Source: a virus
Taxonomy: Duplodnaviria; Caudoviricetes
Direction: 5' to 3' (one strand)
DNA: 64,000 nucleotides
IMG/VR virus record: IMGVR_UViG_2925282926_000001
Location: 1 to 64,000 of that record
Positions within the stretch are counted from its first letter, which is position 1; each line of letters begins with the position of its first letter. The translations under genes were made by a program, and so were the position numbers. Below are positions 49,025 to 57,782 of this stretch, in pieces. Under the pieces are notes generated by a model. It saw only the letters and a list, made by a program, of their open reading frames with translations. It made no database searches and was not told where the DNA came from.

Positions 49025-49522
49025 TCAGAACAATGTGTTGGATGCGTTGGTTATCAACTGATCAGGTGAAACAATGATAACCTCGACACTATCTGTAACG
49101 GATGTGCTACCTAGCTGTACACGCCTGTATGCATGTTCCATAGTCTCGCCTGGCCTAACTTCTACAGGTGACCACTTATATCGACCTATATCACATCTGG
49201 CTATGGTGAACAGCAGCTTGAGTGCCCAATACTTAATCGGTGTACGTGTCTCGATGAGGTACATGATTGCAGCCTGCGCATCTGCCTGGTCTATATCAGG
49301 GTATAGATTGCCACGCTTGATATCCATGAGCCTATCCATAATAGCTGTGTTAATGGTCATATCGCTTAGCGTTACACTATGTGTGTATGAATAAGGCAGT
49401 GGTATAGTTACCTCTCCAGATATAGGCACTTCAGTAGGCCGATATACTTCGAACTCTCCACCATGAGCCATAACATTATTTATGAGTATCTTCAGTGGCA
49501 CTTTGTATGGTTCAAATGGCAT
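49025..49522 (-). CDS. Hypothetical protein
   Basis: 165-aa ORF. Confidence 0.45.
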   Translation of the reverse strand: MPFEPYKVPLKILINNVMAHGGEFEVYRPTEVPISGEVTIPLPYSYTHSVTLSDMTINTAIMDRLMDIKRGNLYPDIDQADAQAAIMYLIETRTPIKYWALKLLFTIARCDIGRYKWSPVEVRPGETMEHAYRRVQLGSTSVTDSVEVIIVSPDQLITNASNTLF

Positions 49523-49619
49523 TTAAATCACAGTCCTTTTTGTTTAATAAAAAACACCCGCTTTTTATACGAGTGTTTATGCATGGATTGGATATGCAGT
49601 TGGTGATTCTCTTATATAT

Positions 49620-49753
49620 ATCTTTATATCTTTTATTCTTTTATTTCTTTTTTCTTTCTTGGGGGTATAATCGTCCACCACTAGAGGGGTACAATTGTCC
49701 ACCACTAAGTATATTTTCATGGTGTTATTTAGTGGTGTATGATTGTCCACCAC
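49620..49753. repeat. Second array of origin-type iterons with pyrimidine tract
   Basis: GGGGTATAATCGTCCACCAC, GGGGTACAATTGTCCACCAC, GGTGTATGATTGTCCACCAC. Confidence 0.8.
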
Positions 49754-49829
49754 AAATATTCATGAATCTGCATAAAACATGAATAAAGTGTATAACAAGT
49801 CCATCATTTTTCGACGGATTCAATTATCT

Positions 49830-50096
49830 TCATTTACTCATGGCCCTATAAAACTCAAGTGCTTCCTTGTCGACCTCAAGGGACTTTTTCTGAACCTCAA
49901 TGGAACGCTGAGACAATTCCTCATTGCGCTTGTTCAGTTCTTTTGTTTGTTGCAGCAGTTCCGTGCTTTCATTGTAGTATTCGATCCTTTCCAGGCGTTC
50001 GATCGAAAACAATATTCCGGAGATGAACCAGCAGACGACGGTTGCAAAGATTACACCTGTCAGCACATGTTGTCTGTACTCTTTCATGCTCTTCAC
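49830..50096 (-). CDS. Hypothetical membrane-anchored coiled-coil protein
   Basis: GAGGTG RBS; one TM. Confidence 0.5.
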   Translation of the reverse strand: MKSMKEYRQHVLTGVIFATVVCWFISGILFSIERLERIEYYNESTELLQQTKELNKRNEELSQRSIEVQKKSLEVDKEALEFYRAMSK

Positions 50097-50112
50097 CTCT
50101 TCATGTAATTTG

Positions 50113-50421
50113 TTAGCAAGTGCTGCGAGCGGTAGCCCGGACTTTAGGGAAATACGTCCGTTTCGGCATGTTGAATTTGGCTTTGAAATACGGAGTTTCC
50201 AGCGCGAACGACGGTACTTCTGGAGTGCTGATATACTCCATGTATTCCTCTTTCATTTCTAAAATACCCGCCGCCATCCTGCGAAGGCGTTCCAACTCCA
50301 CGTCGTAATAGTCCACAAGTGGTTGTAAAGCGACCAACAAGGCTTTCTCTAACTCCCTCATTGATTGCCTGAGATTTTCAAATGCTTCCCCGACCGTGAT
50401 GTCTGCTCTGATAACCTCCAT
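50113..50421 (-). CDS. Hypothetical protein
   Basis: GGAGGTG RBS. Confidence 0.5.
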   Translation of the reverse strand: MEVIRADITVGEAFENLRQSMRELEKALLVALQPLVDYYDVELERLRRMAAGILEMKEEYMEYISTPEVPSFALETPYFKAKFNMPKRTYFPKVRATARSTC

Positions 50422-50501
50422 TCCTACACCTCCGATATTTAAGGGTACGCCCTACTTCGCCGCCACCTCTAACAGCTTTTCAGGTATAGATTTACCCTGG
50501 T

Positions 50502-51236
50502 TTAGTTACTCCACAATTCCACCTTAACTTTAGATGTCTTGATGTATCGTTCTGGTTGTTCTGCTGGAAGTCCCAAAGGACTCAGACGAGCTGTGCAAAT
50601 GTATTCTCCTGGTGTAAGTAATCCGGTTATCTCTTCATATGCTCCCACTTGATCGTCATTCATTACCAGTACAAATTGTCTTTCCTGTGCCGCGTTGTAC
50701 TGTTTTCCTGTGAGCAACACCAAGGAAATGTTCTTTCTGTTCTGTCCTTCGTCGCCTGCAAGACCAACCGTGTGCAGTGCCATTTTGATAGGTCTGTCCA
50801 CATTTCCACCTGCTCCTGCTGAACGATAAATCCTGATCACCGCACCAGCTCCCGATGTGTTGGACTGCAACATTGTGATGCCTGCGGTGCTGTCGGATGT
50901 CTTTATGCCTATTTGCGCTGTCTGCCATGTGTTCCCGGCGAACTGCAACGACTCAAGCGTGAATTTAATCGCTGTAAACTTGGTCGGATCGAACTTTACC
51001 TTGGTGCGAATATCTGCGTATGAGTTGTTGGTCCGTGGAGCTGTGACAGTCATTTCACCTCTGCCTGGCAATGGTTCGAATGTCGTACCAGCTCCCACAA
51101 CCTCCGTAGCGTCCGCCGCAAGCTTGGTAGCCGTTTCTAGCCACGCTGGGATTGTACCGTCTGTGAAATCAGCCACCAAAGACTTGTACACCTTACCGTA
51201 TGGGATTAATTTGCCATCAGGTCCAGTAATATGCAT
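50502..51236 (-). CDS. Hypothetical beta-rich protein
   Basis: GGAGGTG RBS; coupled to the upstream gene. Confidence 0.6.
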   Translation of the reverse strand: MHITGPDGKLIPYGKVYKSLVADFTDGTIPAWLETATKLAADATEVVGAGTTFEPLPGRGEMTVTAPRTNNSYADIRTKVKFDPTKFTAIKFTLESLQFAGNTWQTAQIGIKTSDSTAGITMLQSNTSGAGAVIRIYRSAGAGGNVDRPIKMALHTVGLAGDEGQNRKNISLVLLTGKQYNAAQERQFVLVMNDDQVGAYEEITGLLTPGEYICTARLSPLGLPAEQPERYIKTSKVKVELWSN

Positions 51237-51239
51237 GAC

Positions 51240-52244
51240 CTACACCTCCACTGAGTAGGCAAGGCCCACATTGTTGTCCGTATTGTAATACACATAGATT
51301 GTCCCATCGAAAACCGCGACTGTCATAGACTGCATGTTGGTTGTTTCCCAAGGCAGTGTCGGAATGTCCATAATAAGTTTCGGCTTATCCTTGAGCGTTC
51401 GCCAGTCATCCGATATTAGGGCAATGGCGGGACGGGCTACGGTTGTTACCCCGCCAGAAGCGTATGCGGAAAGCATACCCAACCACCACGTTTGTCCTCG
51501 GTACACAAATAATCCAGCATTGGACCGAGAGAAGTTTTCGGTACTATTGAGGGTTGCATCATTTCCGCCGAGCATCATTCTCGGATCACACAACCATTGT
51601 CTACCGTTGTGGGATACCCACATGGCCTTACGACCAAAGTCACCGCCGCCCATTACAGAAAACCCGTACCATTTTTCTGCTGTGCGGAACACTGCGAAAT
51701 ACCCTGTGTGTCCGTCTCCTGGGAAGTTTGGGGGCTTATCAAGCAAAAGTCCGACTCTTGTCCATGTGATCATGTCCGTAGATGTCGCAAGTGCCGTTGA
51801 TTGATTTATACCAAGTCCACTTTGTTGGTAGTACATGAAGAACAGTTTTTCCGTCTCATTCCACATGACAAAAGGCGTTTCCGTTGAATTACCTTCGACT
51901 GTATCGACGTACACCTCACCATGTCTGATCCACGGCCCTTTAGGATCGTTGGCATAAGCTAATCCGATGCCACCACGGGCATTATGGTTCGTGGAGTACG
52001 TTGCATAAAAACGGCCTTTAGCGTTCGGGATCAAATGACCGACCTCAATAGGTCTGAACCAATATATACTCCCTGTTTGAGCCTTTGCCGCCGTATAGAT
52101 TGGGTCACCCTCAAGCTTTACGAACTTAGGAATGTACTGTTCCCTGCCCCTGGTGTCGGAAAATCCATAAGGAGCAATACCTCTGTTGGCTTTCTGGGCT
52201 TCGCCCATCGCCGCCGCGCCCATCTTATAGCCTTTATCAGCCAT
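51240..52244 (-). CDS. Five-bladed beta-propeller glycoside hydrolase-like protein (GH32/GH43/GH130-like fold)
   Basis: IGLAYA.DPKGPW, ETP.V, LATSTDMITW, WVSHNGRQW, DGTIYVYY..VGLA. Confidence 0.6.
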   Translation of the reverse strand: MADKGYKMGAAAMGEAQKANRGIAPYGFSDTRGREQYIPKFVKLEGDPIYTAAKAQTGSIYWFRPIEVGHLIPNAKGRFYATYSTNHNARGGIGLAYANDPKGPWIRHGEVYVDTVEGNSTETPFVMWNETEKLFFMYYQQSGLGINQSTALATSTDMITWTRVGLLLDKPPNFPGDGHTGYFAVFRTAEKWYGFSVMGGGDFGRKAMWVSHNGRQWLCDPRMMLGGNDATLNSTENFSRSNAGLFVYRGQTWWLGMLSAYASGGVTTVARPAIALISDDWRTLKDKPKLIMDIPTLPWETTNMQSMTVAVFDGTIYVYYNTDNNVGLAYSVEV

Positions 52245-52247
52245 CGC

Positions 52248-52718
52248 CTACACAACCCCCTTGATGGAAAGCGTACCGCCACCTGTTGGCGCTGTGTACT
52301 CAATACGTAGTCTGCAAAGAGCCGGGATAGTGTATGAAACAACGTCACCCACATTGGCTGTATTCACCTGCGAGATACTTGCCCCGTTTTCGCGAATGCC
52401 AGGCAAGGCCGTTTTCCGATCGTTGATGTCGATTAAGCATGATGTAAACGTTCCAGTTGTGCTTGCTCCACCACCAAAATAGATAGTGATATCCGTGTCT
52501 TTGGCTACTGCACTCTCGGCTGTCGGTGGATACGTTGCACTACCTGCCGCCGATCCAGCACCTAAAATAGTCACCGTTCTAGGGCCACCAGAAGAACCGC
52601 CTTCAACTTGCTTCATCGGTAGCGGGAAGTCTGCACCCACCGCCCTCATTTTCCCGTTTTCGTCTCGCGCATAAATCTGCTGATTTGCAAGCAAATGACT
52701 ACCATCATACTTCGACAC
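52248..52718 (-). CDS. Hypothetical Gly/Thr-rich protein
   Basis: AAGGAG RBS before GTG at 52718. Confidence 0.55.
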   Translation of the reverse strand: MSKYDGSHLLANQQIYARDENGKMRAVGADFPLPMKQVEGGSSGGPRTVTILGAGSAAGSATYPPTAESAVAKDTDITIYFGGGASTTGTFTSCLIDINDRKTALPGIRENGASISQVNTANVGDVVSYTIPALCRLRIEYTAPTGGGTLSIKGVV

Positions 52719-52764
52719 TGATACCACTCCTTTGTTATTATTTGTCTGACTCGTCACGTTGTAA

Positions 52765-52832
52765 GGCTCCCTGGTGGAATCGAACCACCACATGCCGGAT
52801 CTCTCCGGACTCTACCGTTGAGTTAAGGGAGC
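52765..52832 (-). ncRNA. tRNA-like RNA with the anticodon loop replaced by a GAGA tetraloop
   Basis: GCTCCCT/AGGGAGC acceptor stem, ACTC-AACGGTA-GAGT D arm, CCGGA-GAGA-TCCGG, GGTGG-TTCGATT-CCACC T arm. Confidence 0.75.
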
Positions 52833-52863
52833 GCAATAAAAAAAGCCGCCTTTGGCGACTTCG

Positions 52864-53025
52864 CTACTTACTCCAAACTTTATCAATAACTTTGCCTTTT
52901 AAATCTTCAATAACATTGACCCATACACCACACTTCTTGCATTCGTATGCTGTACGAAACTCACTACCCATTTTATTTGGTCCCGCAAGACGACCCATAT
53001 GTTCGCCACAGTTTTTACATAACAT
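52864..53025 (-). CDS. 53-aa zinc-ribbon protein (not in ORF track)
   Basis: MLCKNCGEHM...YECKKCG; AAGGAGG RBS; followed by a terminator at ~52836-52862. Confidence 0.6.
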   Translation of the reverse strand: MLCKNCGEHMGRLAGPNKMGSEFRTAYECKKCGVWVNVIEDLKGKVIDKVWSK

Positions 53026-53319
53026 GTACAACCCTCCTTATGAATTTCAGGAAGACTATACCACACTAAAATTTACATGCAACAAAAAAGAACAGCATTC
53101 CCGCTTTTGCTACCCTTGCGGCTCTGGACCGTCAAACAGGTATTGGTTAGTGTCGGGTGCTGTTCTCTTTTTGTTCCATGCTATAACTATAAACTATAAA
53201 TAACCTAACGGTTTATAGGTTTATTAAATAAATCGTAAAACTTTCTTAAATGTTTGTTAATGCGATTTTCTAAGAATATGGCAGGATTGGAACGGTGATT
53301 TATAGAATTACCGTTTGAG

Positions 53320-53538
53320 GTGAACAGTATGAACCATACATATAGGGTGTTGAGAGAGGACATAGATTTTTTTGTTGCAGCGTTAAGTCAGGATCGGGTA
53401 GCGGTTTGGCATGTCTTGGAGGATGAGGATCATCTGATTGACTATGGAGGGATTGTAGAAGGGTATAGTCCAATAGCTGTAAATATCATGGGCAAGAGGT
53501 ATTTGAGAGGAACTTTCGAGTTCAGAATAAAAGGATAA
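53320..53538 (+). CDS. Hypothetical protein
   Basis: 72-aa ORF followed by a terminator at ~53537-53571. Confidence 0.55.
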   Translation: MNSMNHTYRVLREDIDFFVAALSQDRVAVWHVLEDEDHLIDYGGIVEGYSPIAVNIMGKRYLRGTFEFRIKG

Positions 53539-53573
53539 AGAGCAGTGAGGTTAATCCCTCCTGCTCTTTTTAA

Positions 53574-54245
53574 TTATCCAACATTCTTTATGAGGTCTTC
53601 ACTGTTGTTCCGCACATTACCGACTTCCTTCGGTACCTCGTAAGCTCGCATTTCTGACGCTCGATACGGCTTGAGCATTCCGAGCAATGACTCGACATCA
53701 TCATTATCTTTTCCAAGCCACTCAGCCTCATCCTCGGGCCGCAGTATAACCGGCATACGATTATGAATGTCTTCCATGAGACTGTTTGGCTCCGTTGTAA
53801 TAATTGTACATGTGCTCAGCTTGTTTCCGTCCGGATCCGTCCAGGTATCATACAGACCAGCAAGCGAGAATATACGGTCATCCTTCATCAAGATGCGCAT
53901 TGGCTGCTTTGCCGTTCCTTCTTTCTTCCATTCATAAAATCCGTTCGTGGGGATGATGCAGCGTTTGGAACTGATCAGACGTTTGAAGGCTGGCTTCTCT
54001 GCCAGTGTCTCGGCTCGAGCATTGATCATCTTATTCCCGATCTTGTCATCCTTTGCCCAAACGGGTACCAGGCCCCATCGGAGCGAACCCAATCGATTTC
54101 CTTCCTTGCTGCCTATAATTGTCGGGATGTACTGCATGGGTGCTGCGTTATAATTAGGCTTGTACTCAAATCCTTCAGAAACGGAAGCATAGTACCTGTC
54201 CATTATTGCGTCTAAAGGGTCAGTAATTGTGAATCTACCACACAT
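53574..54245 (-). CDS. SRAP/HMCES-family abasic-site protein (YoqW/YedK-like)
   Basis: MCGRF start, WGLVP.W, INARAET, FYEW, IHNRMPVIL. Confidence 0.95.
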   Translation of the reverse strand: MCGRFTITDPLDAIMDRYYASVSEGFEYKPNYNAAPMQYIPTIIGSKEGNRLGSLRWGLVPVWAKDDKIGNKMINARAETLAEKPAFKRLISSKRCIIPTNGFYEWKKEGTAKQPMRILMKDDRIFSLAGLYDTWTDPDGNKLSTCTIITTEPNSLMEDIHNRMPVILRPEDEAEWLGKDNDDVESLLGMLKPYRASEMRAYEVPKEVGNVRNNSEDLIKNVG

Positions 54246-54281
54246 ACAAAGCACCTCCTGTATTGTCTTTACAATATATAA

Positions 54282-55139
54282 TCACACTATAAATTGATCA
54301 AACACTGGGATACGTAGCAAGCCGGATTTGGTCCAGTTTCGTATTTTGACCCTGGCTTGTATCCTTGGCTCCAGGTAAACGTTGTTCTTGTCCTCACCAG
54401 TAACGAGCTGCTGGCATACTCCACGAAACGCCTGCTTATGTTTAGGACTTGGGCCATGCTCGATGATTCCTACCGGACGCATCTTGCCTGACGGATCTGG
54501 AACAGCAGCAAGCCACCCGAATTCAGACTTTTTGTATCCTGTAATGAACACATCAGCATATGACCAGTTAATGACCTTCTGCCACTCTCTGGACCGCCTG
54601 CTGACGTACTGACTGTCCTTGTGCTTGCCAACCACACCCTCCATACCCATTGCCTCTATTTGGGCGTATAGTGCCTCTCCTGCGCCTTCAATATGCGGTA
54701 CCACTCCAAAGCTATTAGACGGTAGTTGGAGCCCTAGCAGAATTGCCTTGCGCTCTATAAGAGGTAGTTTGCGGAGATCCTGGCCTCGAAAAAAGAGAAT
54801 ATCAAATATGGCGAACGTAGCCGGCAATGTCTTGGTGAGCTGCTGAACCTTCGAGTGTTGCCGAGTGCTGAACCGGCTCATGACTGCCTCAAAGTCGTTC
54901 AATCCTGTCTCTGGATCGGTGCAAGCAACCTCTCCGTCCAAGATAATGTCAGAGTCAAAGGGCAGTAGTAATTCAGGGTACTGCCGAGTGCAATCATTGT
55001 TGTGGCGTGTATATAACCGGACGTTGCCGGATTGTTGCGAATATATAAGCCGGTGACCGTCTACCTTCGGTTCAAAGATGTAATCCGAATGCGAGAATGG
55101 ACCCGGTGCTGTTTCAAGTAACATAGGGCTAATAAACAT
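54282..55139 (-). CDS. ATP-dependent DNA ligase
   Basis: EPKVDGHR, LDGEV, FDIL, EGVVGK, W.KV, LR.P.F. Confidence 0.9.
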   Translation of the reverse strand: MFISPMLLETAPGPFSHSDYIFEPKVDGHRLIYSQQSGNVRLYTRHNNDCTRQYPELLLPFDSDIILDGEVACTDPETGLNDFEAVMSRFSTRQHSKVQQLTKTLPATFAIFDILFFRGQDLRKLPLIERKAILLGLQLPSNSFGVVPHIEGAGEALYAQIEAMGMEGVVGKHKDSQYVSRRSREWQKVINWSYADVFITGYKKSEFGWLAAVPDPSGKMRPVGIIEHGPSPKHKQAFRGVCQQLVTGEDKNNVYLEPRIQARVKIRNWTKSGLLRIPVFDQFIV

Positions 55140-55202
55140 AAAAAAACACCTCAACCCAATTATAGCGGTTTGCTACAAAGGATTGAGACGGTAAGTTTTG
55201 GT

Positions 55203-55904
55203 TTACTCAGAAAATGCTTTGCGAAGATCTGCCTTCAGTATATCTTTGAATTCATCAAGCAGACCTGGTAAGTTCTCTCTTATATCTTGAGCTTGCTTAC
55301 GAATGTCCGAGTCGAATCTATAGTCAGGATGTAAATCTATCCAATATTCGTACAACTTTTGTAATAAGTTATGGGTAACTGTTGCGATCTCATCAGTTAG
55401 GAAAAGTTCATTTATCTTGAAAAAGTCCAGTGCTTTAGCGTGAATTTCCCCTGCCTTATAATAATTCTGTTCATGTATTTTTGAACGGATTAATTCAATG
55501 GCTTCATCCTTTCTCACTGTGAACAAGGCTTTGATCCGTAAAACATCCTTGCTAATAAAATTATGACTTCTTAAATACTCCTCAATTTCCAATTCATCGT
55601 ATTGGCGTAAATCTACAGAATGGAACACTCCACGCAATCCAATCACTTCTCTATAAGCATGGTCGACTTCCTTATATAGTTCAGGGTAGATCTGATATCG
55701 TTTAGTGGAATATAAATCAAATTCTTTTAGTGCCTTTTGTTGCTTGTGTTTAACACCCTCAATCTCTCTGTTCACATCACCTTTGTGGGATTCTAACTTT
55801 TTTTGAAAACGATTTGTGATGTATAACTGAATAATTGCTACAAGAAGAACTATGATGACACTGTCCTGGTTTCGCTCAATGAACTCTAAAATGTAATTTA
55901 ACAA
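55203..55904 (-). CDS. AT-rich membrane-anchored hypothetical (moron-like)
   Basis: N-terminal TM plus helical body. Confidence 0.6.
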   Translation of the reverse strand: MLNYILEFIERNQDSVIIVLLVAIIQLYITNRFQKKLESHKGDVNREIEGVKHKQQKALKEFDLYSTKRYQIYPELYKEVDHAYREVIGLRGVFHSVDLRQYDELEIEEYLRSHNFISKDVLRIKALFTVRKDEAIELIRSKIHEQNYYKAGEIHAKALDFFKINELFLTDEIATVTHNLLQKLYEYWIDLHPDYRFDSDIRKQAQDIRENLPGLLDEFKDILKADLRKAFSE

Positions 55905-56012
55905 GTGACCCCTCCTGTTCTCTGTACGCTTCCAGTATAATGCAAAAATAAGGAATTATAAATCTTTATTTTGAATTCAAATATTGTTATAATGATTTCA
56001 TAAAATAAAGAG

Positions 56013-56204
56013 GTGAAATCTATGGAACGTAAAGTAGCAAATGTTTACGAGGATACGCGAGCACTATTGAACCAAGTGAAAGATGAATTTGATTTTAAGT
56101 CTGACGATCAAGCAATTAAGTTTTTATGCCAGATGTTTATGGCGGACAACCGTAATGATGTACTGAAGAAGTACATTGATGTCAAAAGAAAGGTGGCTGA
56201 GTAA
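56013..56204 (+). CDS. Small putative DNA-binding protein co-transcribed with int
   Basis: Abuts int start; TTGAAT..TATAAT promoter upstream. Confidence 0.55.
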   Translation: MKSMERKVANVYEDTRALLNQVKDEFDFKSDDQAIKFLCQMFMADNRNDVLKKYIDVKRKVAE

Positions 56205-57386
56205 ATGCCTGTCTATAAGGATGAGAATGTAAAGAAAAATCCGTGGTTTTATGTGCTGGAAATTGGCAAGGGGAAAAATAGAAAGCGGACTAAAAAGCGC
56301 GGTTTTAAAACAAAGAAAGAAGCTCAGGCTGCACTTGTTGAAGCCGAAAACAACGTTAACAACGGTACGTTTATAAAACGTGAAAAGACACTCCTTCCGG
56401 ATCTGATGAATCTATGGCTCAAGACCAAAGAACACTCTATAGCGGATGTCACATACAAAACTTATGGACGACACATATCTTTGCACATAAATGACTATTT
56501 CGAAGATTTCCAAGCAATGGATTTGACTGACGAGGACTGTCTTGATTTCATCAAGCATCTGCGTGTTGAGAAGGAACTCGCTTCTCGATCAGTTAAAGAT
56601 GTATTCAAAGTGTTACGCTCGGCTCTTGATTGGGCTGTGCTGAAGAGTAAGCTTCAAAGAAATGTTACCCGCCTCATTGATATGCCAGCAGTCGAGCGTC
56701 AAGAAATCATGGTCTGGAACGCTGATCAGGTTCGGGAGTTTGATAAGCACATACAAGAACATCACGATTATGTTGCCTTCCTTCTTGCTTATGGGGCTGG
56801 CTTGAGACAATCAGAAGCATTGGCACTCAGATTCAAGGATGTCAATTACGAAAGCAAAACTATATCTGTTGTTCAAACCTTATCACATGATGGCAAGAAG
56901 ATCAGAACGGGTGCAAAAACTGCCTCAGGAACGAGATTGGTTTCTGTGGATGATAAAATCATCAAGGAGATTCAAAAGAGAAAGCGGGTGGTTGCTGCTG
57001 AGAAGTTAAAAGCGGGTGGAGTATACCAAGACAACGACCTGATTGTGGCAACCTCTGTAGGAACTCCTGTTACACCCAGAAACCTACTCAGGACGTTCTA
57101 TAGATACATGGAGAAGCTGGAGATACCAAAGATCACAGTCCACGATCTGAGACATACACATGCCACTCTGTTACTCAAGCAAGGTGAGCATCCGAAGATC
57201 GTTCAGGAGCGACTTGGACATGCCAGCGTTAAAATAACAATTGATCTTTATAGCCATGTTTTACCGAATATGCAGAAAGAGACTGCGGAACGATTTGGGG
57301 ATTTCTTGTTTGGTACCAATTTAGGCACCAAAAATACGAATGGCACCATTTCGGCACCAGACACCGAAAATAGAGAACTTATTTAG
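56205..57386 (+). CDS. int: Tyrosine integrase with N-terminal arm-binding domain
   Basis: KRGFKTKKEA, GLRQSEAL.L, KT, HDLRHTHAT, RLGH, Y. Confidence 0.95.
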   Translation: MPVYKDENVKKNPWFYVLEIGKGKNRKRTKKRGFKTKKEAQAALVEAENNVNNGTFIKREKTLLPDLMNLWLKTKEHSIADVTYKTYGRHISLHINDYFEDFQAMDLTDEDCLDFIKHLRVEKELASRSVKDVFKVLRSALDWAVLKSKLQRNVTRLIDMPAVERQEIMVWNADQVREFDKHIQEHHDYVAFLLAYGAGLRQSEALALRFKDVNYESKTISVVQTLSHDGKKIRTGAKTASGTRLVSVDDKIIKEIQKRKRVVAAEKLKAGGVYQDNDLIVATSVGTPVTPRNLLRTFYRYMEKLEIPKITVHDLRHTHATLLLKQGEHPKIVQERLGHASVKITIDLYSHVLPNMQKETAERFGDFLFGTNLGTKNTNGTISAPDTENRELI

Positions 57387-57432
57387 ACCCTATAAATAGT
57401 AAAAAACCCTTGTGTACCAAGAGTTTTTCGAG

Positions 57433-57481
57433 TATGGAGCCTAGGGGGATCGAACCCCTGACCTCATCGCTGCCAGCGATG
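57433..57481. repeat. att core of prophage 1, right copy
   Basis: Identical to 2337-2385. Confidence 0.95.
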
Positions 57482-57507
57482 CGCTCTCCCAGCTGAGCTA
57501 AGGCCCC
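57435..57507 (-). tRNA. tRNA-Ala (GGC), CCA not encoded
   Basis: GGGGCCTTAGCTCAGCTGGGAGAGCGCATCGCTGGCAGCGATGAGGTCAGGGGTTCGATCCCCCTAGGCTCCA cloverleaf with G3-U70. Confidence 0.97.
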
Positions 57508-57728
57508 GTATTTTACTTCGGAATGTCAACGGTCAGTCAGCGTACAAACCTCGTTGTATCAACGTTTTGTCAGCGTTCAGTCATCCGTTCTTTTTCTTTC
57601 CGCTCGATTAATATAGCATACGGGAGCGCATCGCTGCAACTATTAATTTCGTATATCTGCGCAATTCATTTCGTTCGACGTCGAACGATTTGTCCGCTTG
57701 TATATTCCGCCACTCCCGCGCTATACTA

Positions 57729-57742
57729 AGAACAAACGTTCT
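57729..57742. promoter_or_regulatory. LexA box just downstream of a TTGTAT..TATACT promoter
   Basis: AGAACAAACGTTCT. Confidence 0.65.
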
Positions 57743-57782
57743 ATAACGCTAACTACGAAGGAGAAAGCGAGGCCCGCCGCAA

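Larger units (their letters stand above)
2337..57481. mobile_element. Prophage 1, ~55.1 kb temperate myovirus integrated in tRNA-Ala(GGC)
   Basis: Flanking 49-bp direct repeats; integrase, xis, immunity, replication, packaging, head, contractile tail and lysis modules all present. Confidence 0.95.

Noticed and set aside
49620-49753. CRISPR or mini-CRISPR array
   Set aside because: Repeats are ~20 bp with a 4-bp first gap, match the rep-gene iterons, and no cas genes are present.
52765-52832. Ordinary decoding tRNA
   Set aside because: The 4-nt loop cannot present an anticodon; kept as a tRNA-like RNA.
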